Below, piece after piece: positions 1 to 8,906 of a stretch of 32,000 nt of DNA. How positions within the stretch are numbered: position 1 is the stretch's first letter; each line of letters begins with the position of its first letter. Made by a program: the position numbers and the translations under genes. Origin of the DNA: Candidatus Odinarchaeia archaeon. Lineage in GTDB: Archaea; Asgardarchaeota; Odinarchaeia; Odinarchaeales; Odinarchaeaceae. Where the stretch lies: positions 12,961 through 44,960 of the forward strand of contig JAHQXC010000002.1 of NCBI GenBank assembly GCA_029856525.1, given 5' to 3'. The notes under the pieces were generated by a model. The model did not search any database, was not told the origin of the DNA, and saw nothing but the letters and a program-made list of their open reading frames with translations.

Positions 1-16
1 ATACTCGTTGAGAGAG

Positions 17-784
17 TTACTTAACTGTTCTTTTAGCGATTAAAGCCGCGCTTATCCCAGCTGAAACACCGTTATCAATGTTAACTACAAGAAGACCTGT
101 CGAACAAGATTGAAGCATAGAGTATAAAGCAGCTTTACCCTTCCCTCCCTCCCCATACCCTGTTGAAACAGGTACACCTATCACAGGCACGTCCACAAGC
201 CCAGCGACCACTGAAGCTAAAGCTCCTTCCATACCAGCTACCACAATAATACATGCGACATCAGCTTCGATCATCTTCTTAATAGCCGGGAAAAGCCGGT
301 GGACACCAGCTACACCTACATCATAAGCGGAGATCACATTACAATTCATGTACTCTAAGATCATTTTACACTCTTCTGCGACGGGGATATCACTAGTCCC
401 AGCGGTTATTAACCCGACGGCTGGCTTCCGAGCTTCACTATTAATTTTATTATTAAGGATTATTATCATTCTAGCTTTTTCATTTAAAACAAGTTTTTCA
501 CTTGGAAAAATATTTTTCAACGCTTCAAACTGTTCAGCGCTAAGTCTAGAAATAATCACGTCCCTCCCCTTAGCGTCAAGTGTTTTCACTATTTCGATTA
601 GGTCTTCAAAAGCCTTTCCCTCCGCTAATATCACCTCAGCAGCTCCTTTACGAACAGGTCTATTAATATCGATAACCGCGATCTCCCCTATTCTTTCAAC
701 AGCATCCATTTTTAAAAGTCTCTCTGCTTCCTCTAAAGATATCTGATTCCGCTTATACTTTTCTAAAATATCTCTAATACTCAT
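17..784 (-). CDS. larB: Nickel-pincer nucleotide (NPN) cofactor biosynthesis protein LarB (PurE/AIR-carboxylase-like NaAD carboxylase/hydrolase)
   Basis: 255 aa. LarB motifs: ITAGTSDIPVAEE, DVGVAGVHRL, VAGMEGALASVVAGL, PVIGVPVSTGYG, SMLQSC..G..VVNIDNG. SD-like GGGGTG upstream of the ATG. Confidence 0.92.
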   Translation of the reverse strand: MSIRDILEKYKRNQISLEEAERLLKMDAVERIGEIAVIDINRPVRKGAAEVILAEGKAFEDLIEIVKTLDAKGRDVIISRLSAEQFEALKNIFPSEKLVLNEKARMIIILNNKINSEARKPAVGLITAGTSDIPVAEECKMILEYMNCNVISAYDVGVAGVHRLFPAIKKMIEADVACIIVVAGMEGALASVVAGLVDVPVIGVPVSTGYGEGGKGKAALYSMLQSCSTGLLVVNIDNGVSAGISAALIAKRTVK

Positions 785-853
785 AACACACCCCTAAATT
801 TTTATTTACAACTTGATTAGATTATAAGGGATAATTTTTAAGGAAGCTTTAAG

Positions 854-2116
854 ATGAATCGAAATAAAATCCTTTTCATAGATACTAGTTTAAGCGGCTT
901 ATCAGGGGACATGTTTCTATCCGCTTTAATAGACATGGGATTCGAAGAGAAGAATCTACAGGAAGTCTATTCGATTATAAAAAAGTCTTACAATCACCAG
1001 GTTTTCAAAGGGTTTAAGTTAACTTCAACAATAAGAAACGGGTTGCAAGCTAAAATATTATCCACGGAGATATCCGAGCAGTATCATGGTGTCGAGATAG
1101 AAGTTTTTAAAGAGATATTTTATAAAAGCCTTGAAAAAACAGGTTTAAGAGAAGCCTACAAGAATTACGCTTCAAAAGTTGTTGAAGATTTAATTAACGC
1201 TGAGAAAAAAATTCATCAACAAGATAACGGTGAAAGCATATACTTACATGAATTAGCTTCACCGGATACTATTTTCGATATTATAGGTGTCTCAGCAGGA
1301 CTCCAATATTTTTCAATACTTGAAGAAGCTGAAGTATACGCTACACCGATACCTGTTGGAGGTGGCAGTGTTAAAATTTCACATGGAATTCTCAGGGTCC
1401 CGGTTCCGATTGTCACCGAGCTTCTCAGAAAGTACAGTATCCCCTTTAACCTCGGCCCTGTTGAAGGAGAGCTTTTAACACCGACAGGCATAGTTTTGAT
1501 AGCTAACTTGAAGCCTATATTTCAAACTATACCTGACTATTTAACGATTCTTTGTGAAGGTTACGGTGCTGGTAACCGGCTTATTAAAAACTTCCCTAAC
1601 GTTTTAAGACTGATATTATTTAATAAAATAGGCGGCAGCATACACTTTCTAGAAAACGATTATGTAATATTACTTGAAACGAATTTGGATGATATTACAG
1701 GGGAGAGATTAAGCTACGCTATTGAAAAAATTATGGAAACCGGCGCGTTAGATGTAACAGCTATACCGTGTTTAATGAAGAAAGGGCGCTCCGGATACAT
1801 TTTAAAAGTACTCTGCACTCTAGAAGACGAGGAGAAAATAACATCAGCTGTTTTCAATTATACGAACACGATAGGATTAAGAAGATCTATTTTATTCAGA
1901 TATAAGCTTAGACGGGAAATGGAAACGTTGAAAGTTAATATTAAAGGAGAATTATTCGAGATAAGAGTTAAAGAAGTATACACCGCGCATGGATCTAAAA
2001 GATATAAACCTGAATTCGACGATGTTAAATATATCTCGGAGAAATTAAATCTTCCATTAGATGATGTTTTAAGATTTGTAAATGAAGCTGTTGAAATAAA
2101 ATTTAAAAAAATTTAA
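854..2116 (+). CDS. larC: NPN cofactor nickel insertase LarC (fused LarC1-LarC2)
   Basis: 420 aa. Motifs GLSGDMFLSALID, LHE...DTIFDIIG, GELLTPTG, LETNLDDITGE, MKKGRSG, TNTIGLR, KPEFDDV. Divergent from larB across 69 nt. Confidence 0.92.
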   Translation: MNRNKILFIDTSLSGLSGDMFLSALIDMGFEEKNLQEVYSIIKKSYNHQVFKGFKLTSTIRNGLQAKILSTEISEQYHGVEIEVFKEIFYKSLEKTGLREAYKNYASKVVEDLINAEKKIHQQDNGESIYLHELASPDTIFDIIGVSAGLQYFSILEEAEVYATPIPVGGGSVKISHGILRVPVPIVTELLRKYSIPFNLGPVEGELLTPTGIVLIANLKPIFQTIPDYLTILCEGYGAGNRLIKNFPNVLRLILFNKIGGSIHFLENDYVILLETNLDDITGERLSYAIEKIMETGALDVTAIPCLMKKGRSGYILKVLCTLEDEEKITSAVFNYTNTIGLRRSILFRYKLRREMETLKVNIKGELFEIRVKEVYTAHGSKRYKPEFDDVKYISEKLNLPLDDVLRFVNEAVEIKFKKI

Positions 2117-2117
2117 T

Positions 2118-3083
2118 TTAAGAATCAGAGTTTTTAATACGCCAAAACTGTTTATCAATCCTAGTATTCTTAGACGGGACTTTTTCAATTAAACCTTTCC
2201 CTTCTAAAAACTCTAATATCTTTAAAATAGTTGAGTGATTCTCTAACTTTCTAATATAGCCTTCAAGTTTCACGTTAAAACATTTAAAAACATATTCTTC
2301 TATATCTAATAAACTAGCCTTACTATATAAGTTGAAATATTCTAAAACCGCTCTACTCCAACACTCCTGTGTTTCTAAAGCAGCGCTTATAGTATTCGCA
2401 ACATCGTATGTGACTGGGAGATCATGAGCTTGACATATTAATTGAGGTTTAAGCTCTTTGAATAATTCTAAGGTGAAAATTCTTTTAGCAAAGGATCCTG
2501 TTCGATCAATCATAAACATATTTGGCTTATTAGAATAAGGGAATAACTCGTCACCTGAAAATAAAATATTATTTTGAGGCATCCAGAAGCATAAATGACC
2601 GTTGCAATGACCGTTAGACTCGAGTACAATGATTTTTTTATCATCCACGGAGATTACGCTTTTATTCTCGAGTATTCGAGTTGGAGTTAAAGATTTAAAA
2701 TTTATGTTGATACCTTTATGCCGTAATAGTTGACTAAAATTTTTGTTTACTCCGAAGCTTTTAACAAGAATCTCCTCTGAATTTTTCAGTAAATCAGCTG
2801 TAGGTTGACTGCAGCAAACAATCCCTCTTGTCTTACTACTCAACCACTTAAGCCCGCCTAATATATCCGGGTGAGCGTGAGAAAGGAGAATATATGCAAT
2901 GTCCTCTAAGCTTTTACCTATATTTTTCAGAGCTTCTAGTATACTTTTCGGAGTAGAAGTTAAACCAGTATCCACGATTATAACACGTTCATCTACAATA
3001 AGATAACTATTAGAGAACCCGATATCACTTCTATACTCCTCGTAAACTCTGAAAATATCTGATGTAATCTGCTCGTAAACCAC
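2118..3083 (-). CDS. Metallo-beta-lactamase-fold hydrolase with a probable C-terminal winged helix; metal motif degenerate
   Basis: NSYLIV..IIVDTG, SHAHPDI (canonical HxHxDH), GHCNGH, FSGD, QAHD. Start placed at GTG 3083, 7 nt after SD GGAGTGG; the ORF track uses TTG 3089. Confidence 0.85.
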   Translation of the reverse strand: MVYEQITSDIFRVYEEYRSDIGFSNSYLIVDERVIIVDTGLTSTPKSILEALKNIGKSLEDIAYILLSHAHPDILGGLKWLSSKTRGIVCCSQPTADLLKNSEEILVKSFGVNKNFSQLLRHKGININFKSLTPTRILENKSVISVDDKKIIVLESNGHCNGHLCFWMPQNNILFSGDELFPYSNKPNMFMIDRTGSFAKRIFTLELFKELKPQLICQAHDLPVTYDVANTISAALETQECWSRAVLEYFNLYSKASLLDIEEYVFKCFNVKLEGYIRKLENHSTILKILEFLEGKGLIEKVPSKNTRIDKQFWRIKNSDS

Positions 3084-3232
3084 TAGCAACCCACTCCAAA
3101 CCGATAAAAATAATTAAGCTAAAAATTCTAAACAGCTAAATTATATTCTGCTAAAACAATATATAAACGAGTATTATATTCTAATTTCACAGAGGTAAGC
3201 ACTACAGAAATATATTATATGAGAGTGGTTTA

Positions 3233-4909
3233 ATGGCTTACATTGAAGGAATAGATAAAGGAATGGTTAATTTAAAAATAGATGACATAGAACATAAGAA
3301 ACCGGCTTCTAAAGATTTTGAACTACGTTTTAAAGGGGTTTCAGTAGGCGTCACTTATAGTTTTAACATATGGTTGCATGAGCAATATCGGTCTATCTAT
3401 GGTGATAAGTATCTCTATGGAGATAGTTTTATTAATTTTAACTCAGGTCCATTCAGCAGCGATAAACTTGAAAAAAAATTAGAGGACCTACTATATTGGA
3501 AAGCGGATAAAATAGACGTTTTAAAAAAAATATCCGGTTCAAATTGGGGGATTTACTGGTCAGGTGTAACAGGGGGGATTGATAGAATTGATAGAATACT
3601 CTTCTCAGAAACGTACCTGAACAGTAACCCGCTTATACATTTTGAACTTCAACCTATCGAGTTAATGAACCCTGTAACTCTTAAAATATATGACACTGAT
3701 TCAAATGAATGGAAGAATTCAAGCAACAATGTTAAAGGTTATATTAGAAGACTTCTAACAATTTACAGATGCGGGTTTATAACGATAACATATTTTTTAA
3801 TTTTAAATTCCGGTAAAAGAGAATGGTTGGAGAGAATCCCGCATTTAACGTTGAAAAATGATTTAACAGTCGACGAGCTGATATTTATTTTAATTAAAAA
3901 ATTAAGCAGCTTCAAGCTTAGAACAGGTGAAAAAACCAATTTAGATCAGCAGGCTACAATCGACTTTATGAAAATACTTGGAAAAATCTATGACTTAGAT
4001 GAGCAGGATGTTAAGGAGACAATCAACCATCTTGCTGATAAAACATCCATCAACTATTATTCTATATGTATATGGGATATAAACTGTAAATGTAAGGAAC
4101 AGCATACAAACGCCGTGGATATTATTAGAAATCATCCTTGGGAGATTTACGGTTTAAGAGGGCCAGACCGACAGTGGATGAATAGAAAAGCAGAGTATAT
4201 AGTCGACTCTATCTCAGACTGGTTTAATCCTTATTCAGATATTGTTTTTAAACCGTTTCCTAGAGTTCATATAGAAGTCACATACCCGCTTATACGGAGG
4301 AGAACGCTTATCTCCATGGGGCCTTTCTCACCTCCTCAAAGACTATGGGAGTTTAGAGTCGTCCAGGAGAAAGTCTTCAGAACCTTCAATCAATTACTCA
4401 GCGAGGAGACATCTAAGCTTTCAAAAACACTTAAAGTAGAAGAGCTGATTGAAACAGTGAAAAACGTAGCTAATATTAGAAGAAGACTTATAGGTGTCTT
4501 AGAAGACTTATACTGGATATCTAGCAGTATCAATCATATACCTGATCGAAATTATTTAAGCTACGCGCAAATCACAGCTGGTTTAAATAATATGAAAAAC
4601 ACGCTATTCGAGAAAATAAACAATTTAGTTGAAATATCTAGAGATGAAACTAATATAACTAATCTCGATGTAGGCTCGAGAATGAGCCTTATAAGAACAT
4701 ATGCTTCCGTTCTAAGCATATTCTTAGCTACTATAATAACTTTAGCCAGCACTTTATCTAATATTTATATTTGGATGCTAGGGCCGAGGCCGGCAACACT
4801 TAGTTTAACAGATCAGATTATGATAATACTGCAGATCTTCGGATTAAACGCCGCCTTCCTAATACCTATCGTGTTAATAGTTTGGAGGATTTTCAAGAAA
4901 TTCAGGTAG
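3233..4909 (+). CDS. Hypothetical membrane protein: large soluble N-terminal region, long amphipathic helices, two C-terminal TM segments (CorA/DUF155-like architecture, tentative)
   Basis: 558 aa ORF with SD-like GAGTGG. C-terminal hydrophobic segments YASVLSIFLATIITLASTLSNIYIWML and IMIILQIFGLNAAFLIPIVLIVW followed by RIFKKFR. Family assignment is by eye only. Confidence 0.75.
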   Translation: MAYIEGIDKGMVNLKIDDIEHKKPASKDFELRFKGVSVGVTYSFNIWLHEQYRSIYGDKYLYGDSFINFNSGPFSSDKLEKKLEDLLYWKADKIDVLKKISGSNWGIYWSGVTGGIDRIDRILFSETYLNSNPLIHFELQPIELMNPVTLKIYDTDSNEWKNSSNNVKGYIRRLLTIYRCGFITITYFLILNSGKREWLERIPHLTLKNDLTVDELIFILIKKLSSFKLRTGEKTNLDQQATIDFMKILGKIYDLDEQDVKETINHLADKTSINYYSICIWDINCKCKEQHTNAVDIIRNHPWEIYGLRGPDRQWMNRKAEYIVDSISDWFNPYSDIVFKPFPRVHIEVTYPLIRRRTLISMGPFSPPQRLWEFRVVQEKVFRTFNQLLSEETSKLSKTLKVEELIETVKNVANIRRRLIGVLEDLYWISSSINHIPDRNYLSYAQITAGLNNMKNTLFEKINNLVEISRDETNITNLDVGSRMSLIRTYASVLSIFLATIITLASTLSNIYIWMLGPRPATLSLTDQIMIILQIFGLNAAFLIPIVLIVWRIFKKFR

Positions 4910-6059
4910 ACGCGGATTCGAAGAAGGCTTGCAATCGTTCAACACCCTCCTTTAAATCCTCGTCAGGAAGCGCATAGCAAATCCTGAAATTATATTCAGA
5001 ACCTTCGCCGAATATTGTTCCAGGTGAAACCGCCACATGCGCTTTATTTAAAAGTTCCATCGCTAAAGTCTCAGAGTTAAGCTTACATCTATCACGTGGA
5101 AATATGTAAAATGCTCCCTGAGGGACAGGTGTTTCTAATCTGGAGATCTTCTTCAAACCTTCTATAATAGTATTCCTTTTTCTCAAAGCTAACCCCACAA
5201 CAGTTTTAACATACTCCTTATATTCAGATAATATGTCTAAACACGCTTTTTGCGCGAATGTGACAGGGGCGGTTACAGTATGCTGCTGTACTATATTCAT
5301 TCTATCAATAATATTTCTAGGCCCCGCAGCGAAACCAACCCGCCAGCCAGTCATAGAGAATACTTTAGAAAAACTATCAGTGAGAATAGTCTTCTCAAAA
5401 CCGTTGCTAATAGCAGCCGGACTGTAATGAACATGACCGTCATACGTGTAAGCCCAGTCGACTTCATCCGAGAGAATATAAAACCCTTTCTCTACAGCTA
5501 AATCTACGATAAACTTTAAATCGGATTTATCTAGCACACCGCCGGTGGGATTATTCGGCGTGTTTAAAACTACTAATTTAGTTTTCCTGGTGACAGCGTT
5601 TTGAAAACGCTCATGGTTAATCTTGTAAAGCGGATCGGTTAAAACCTCTCTAATATTTTTTATACCTAGAAGCATTGGAATAGCTTTAAAACTACTCCAG
5701 AACGGTGTTAAAAGAATAACTTCATCGCCTGGTTTTAGAAGAGATGCGAAAACGCAGTAAGATGAAAACTTCGACCCAGGGGTGACGATTATTTCCTCAG
5801 GATTATAGGAGACACCTCTAGTTTCTTCGAGAAAGAGTTTCAACCCTTCTCTTAACTCGAGAAGACCCTTAGTAGGAGAATACCTATTATACCCTTCTAA
5901 CACAGCTTTACAAGTAAAATTCACAGCGTTTTCAGGCGGATCGAAACACGGCTCAGCTAAGTCAAACCGGATAACCTTAACGTTATCCCTCCTCTCAACA
6001 AGCCTAACCATATCAGTTATAGATACAGGGGAGATTGGAATATCTTTTTTACTCCACAT
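4902..6059 (-). CDS. PLP-dependent aminotransferase class I/II (aspartate/aromatic aminotransferase-like)
   Basis: NTPNNPTGGV, SDEVD, SFSKVFSMTGWRVG (Schiff-base Lys), PQGAFY, VSPGTIFG, FRICYA. Start set at ATG 6059 (MWSKK) behind SD GGAAGGTGG; the ORF track start at 6110 is likely too long. Confidence 0.92.
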   Translation of the reverse strand: MWSKKDIPISPVSITDMVRLVERRDNVKVIRFDLAEPCFDPPENAVNFTCKAVLEGYNRYSPTKGLLELREGLKLFLEETRGVSYNPEEIIVTPGSKFSSYCVFASLLKPGDEVILLTPFWSSFKAIPMLLGIKNIREVLTDPLYKINHERFQNAVTRKTKLVVLNTPNNPTGGVLDKSDLKFIVDLAVEKGFYILSDEVDWAYTYDGHVHYSPAAISNGFEKTILTDSFSKVFSMTGWRVGFAAGPRNIIDRMNIVQQHTVTAPVTFAQKACLDILSEYKEYVKTVVGLALRKRNTIIEGLKKISRLETPVPQGAFYIFPRDRCKLNSETLAMELLNKAHVAVSPGTIFGEGSEYNFRICYALPDEDLKEGVERLQAFFESAST

Positions 6060-6140
6060 TAAACCACCTTCCAATAGTAGAAAATAAAATATAAATAAAT
6101 CTATTCGCAAAATTAATAGAAAAATTATTTTAAAAGGCTG

Positions 6141-7406
6141 ATGAAAATGGGCTCGAAAGAAATATTCGAAGCAGCTTCGAAAAGTATCCTACTAAAAGAT
6201 CCATATGTTAAGAAAATCTGGAATCTTATAAACGATAAAACCTTATTTAATAAATCACCGGATTATCTTAAAGCGCTTAGAAAAAGTCTATTAAGAGAAG
6301 CCTTAGACTTTTTTTCTAGGAGAAGCGAATACTACCAACAGACCTTTGAGAAATTAAATATTAACCCGAAGAATGCGGATTTTACAGATTTAGCGAAGCT
6401 AGCTGTTCCAGCTGATATGCTAAGAGGTGAAGGGCATAAACAGTTCCTGATAAGGGATGTTGAGCAGGGAGGGGAATACTTTACCTCAAGTGGAACCACA
6501 GGTAAAACACCTGTTAAAATATATAGAAGCCCTTTGGATCTGGCTATAATGATTAAAGCTAACACCGATCTATTTGAATATGTTTACGGAGATGTTTTAG
6601 AGCAGGGTAAAGGTATAGCTTTATTCATGGCAGCCCCGGAGTTAAGATATAAATTAAGTTTCGTAGCGTTCGTTGATCTCACACTCGACAATAAAAATAT
6701 TCCATTATTATATGGAATGAATCTTGTTCGAAACAAAGACGGTACAACTGACTGGCAGAGACTTGAGTTAAATAAAGAGAATGTGGTGAAATTTTTGAAA
6801 AGTCGAGAGGAGCCTAAACTGTTTTTCACAGCACCGGCAGGCGTCTATCTTATGGCGGATAAATTCGATAAAATGAACTTCTTAAAAAAGCTAATATACA
6901 GGATAGCCACTACAGCCCCCCCTGTCAACCTAGGAAAAGGGGGGGTGATTGTAACCGGAGGGGGAACTAAAGGGTTTACAAATCTGCCGTCATATGATAA
7001 GATTGTGGAGCTTTCAAGAAAATATTTTAAAGCTAAAAATAAAGCAGGGGAGGAGCACCCAGCACCTTTCATGGATGTGCTAGGGATGACGGAGACTTTA
7101 ACCGCGTTAATAGATCGATTCGGTGTTATGAATAAAATACCACACCCCTTATCCCACGTTTTCCTATTAAAACCTAGTACATTTGAGTTAATAGAAGATG
7201 ATGAAGGGCAGGAAGGCGTGTTAGGTATATTCAACCCGTTTACAACATCATGGCTTGAATTATTCTATCCAGGTGATTTCATGAAAGCTCACAGCTCTAA
7301 TCGATATTACGGTAAAGAATACACTTATGTTAGAAGATTCACCCCTGAAGAGGGCTGGGAGCTTCAAAGAGCATGCGGGGGAACACTAGAAGAGATGATG
7401 AGATAA
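6141..7406 (+). CDS. luxE: LuxE-family acyl-protein synthetase (long-chain fatty acid-protein ligase-like)
   Basis: 421 aa. FTSSGTTG adenylation motif, IVTGGGTKG (LuxE ITGGGWK), DVLGMTE, GVLGIFNP, and C-terminal ELQRACG with Cys at 7374-7376 matching the acylated Cys of LuxE. Start could be ATG 6147. Confidence 0.8.
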   Translation: MKMGSKEIFEAASKSILLKDPYVKKIWNLINDKTLFNKSPDYLKALRKSLLREALDFFSRRSEYYQQTFEKLNINPKNADFTDLAKLAVPADMLRGEGHKQFLIRDVEQGGEYFTSSGTTGKTPVKIYRSPLDLAIMIKANTDLFEYVYGDVLEQGKGIALFMAAPELRYKLSFVAFVDLTLDNKNIPLLYGMNLVRNKDGTTDWQRLELNKENVVKFLKSREEPKLFFTAPAGVYLMADKFDKMNFLKKLIYRIATTAPPVNLGKGGVIVTGGGTKGFTNLPSYDKIVELSRKYFKAKNKAGEEHPAPFMDVLGMTETLTALIDRFGVMNKIPHPLSHVFLLKPSTFELIEDDEGQEGVLGIFNPFTTSWLELFYPGDFMKAHSSNRYYGKEYTYVRRFTPEEGWELQRACGGTLEEMMR

Positions 7407-7422
7407 AACAGAGGCTTAGAAG

Positions 7423-8892
7423 ATGAAGTTAACTCCTTTAGCACCTATGAGCATAAGAGATTTTATTAGAAAAACAGTAGGAGACATAGAGGTATTAGAG
7501 CTTAGCGAAAAAAGTTTAGATGAAATCTTAAAAGAATTTAAATCGATTCAATCCTCTTTAGCAAAAACACCTATAGAAGAAAGGATTAAAATATTCGACA
7601 AGCTCGGTTTAATTTGGAGAAGAAAATTAGATAACGGTGAACTTGAAAACTTGAAGAAAACGCTATCAGAATTGACAGGTTATAGTGAACACCTCATAGA
7701 GTTAGAGTTTAATCTAGTCTCCTATCTGTTAAACGAAGCTAATATTAGGCGTAATCTGGAAGCAGCTTTCAATAATGGAGTGGAAGGCCTTAGCAAATTC
7801 ATTAAAATCGCTGAAAACGAGTACTTTAAGTATATGCCGGCTGGGCCTGTGTTCATAATAAGTTCAGGTAACTCTCTTATACCCCCACTTATCCCAACCA
7901 CTTTATCGCTGGTAACAGGAAATTTAACAATACTTAAACCATCTATTTCAAATTATCCCGGTGTTATTGAAGTTTACAGAAATCTAGAGGAGATTGCGAA
8001 AAATGATAAGACAGCGGAGACCATTCTCTCAGCGATAGTCATCAGCTATTTCACACATGACAGCCCGGCACTCAAGCATCTTTTAACTAAAACCCCATTA
8101 GGAGTTGTTAATTTCTGGGGAGCTGAACCTGCTAGAACTGTGATAGCTAAACTTGTAGCAGAAAACCAATATCATCCACGCCTTATAGTGAACGGCCCTT
8201 TAACAGGTTTAGCGATAATAGACTCAGAGTCAGCTAACCTAGCAGCTAAAGAACTGGCGTTAAACATGATCTTATACGATCAGCAACTTTGCAGTTCACC
8301 TACGCAAGCAGTTTTTATAGGTAAATTAGAAGAAGCGGTTTCATTCGCTGAAAGTGTAGGGCGATACCTAGACCTTATCGGCGATAAAATTAAGATGAAA
8401 ACTAAAGACTCTGCGCTTTACCTTCTGCAAACCGCTAGACGAGCATTACAGTTTAAGGGAGTTAAAATACTGTTCTCAAATAAACACGACAACCCTTGGA
8501 CTATAATAGTATCAAAAGAGAAAAGTAGTTTACAATCGTTATCAGAAAGCCTACCAGAGTTTAATATCTATAATAGGAGAAGATTCATAGAAATAATAGT
8601 TACGGAAAAATTAGATGACGCGCTTAAAATAATAGAATCAGTTCGTTTAAATCCTGCTTTCAAAGAAGTAGATAAAGTTCAATCAATAGGGTTAGCGTTA
8701 TCCGAGTCTAATAAAAATAAAATAATAGAGGAACTGCCTAATACGGGAATATATAGAATCACTACTCTAGCAGATATGTATATGAGAAGCGCTATAGAAC
8801 CATACGATGGAGCGTCGATACCATTACTTTTCACTTACACAGTTTATAGAAGAGATGTTAAACATCCATATGAAATAGCCCAATTATTTTAG
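7423..8892 (+). CDS. luxC: LuxC-family acyl-CoA/acyl-protein reductase (ALDH fold)
   Basis: 489 aa. IISSGN, LKPS, NFWGAEPA, and YDQQLCSSP with the catalytic Cys at codon 8290-8292 (Cys290), matching the LuxC DQxACxSP motif. Starts 16 nt after luxE. Confidence 0.85.
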   Translation: MKLTPLAPMSIRDFIRKTVGDIEVLELSEKSLDEILKEFKSIQSSLAKTPIEERIKIFDKLGLIWRRKLDNGELENLKKTLSELTGYSEHLIELEFNLVSYLLNEANIRRNLEAAFNNGVEGLSKFIKIAENEYFKYMPAGPVFIISSGNSLIPPLIPTTLSLVTGNLTILKPSISNYPGVIEVYRNLEEIAKNDKTAETILSAIVISYFTHDSPALKHLLTKTPLGVVNFWGAEPARTVIAKLVAENQYHPRLIVNGPLTGLAIIDSESANLAAKELALNMILYDQQLCSSPTQAVFIGKLEEAVSFAESVGRYLDLIGDKIKMKTKDSALYLLQTARRALQFKGVKILFSNKHDNPWTIIVSKEKSSLQSLSESLPEFNIYNRRRFIEIIVTEKLDDALKIIESVRLNPAFKEVDKVQSIGLALSESNKNKIIEELPNTGIYRITTLADMYMRSAIEPYDGASIPLLFTYTVYRRDVKHPYEIAQLF

Positions 8893-8906
8893 GAAGTGAG
8901 TTTAAA

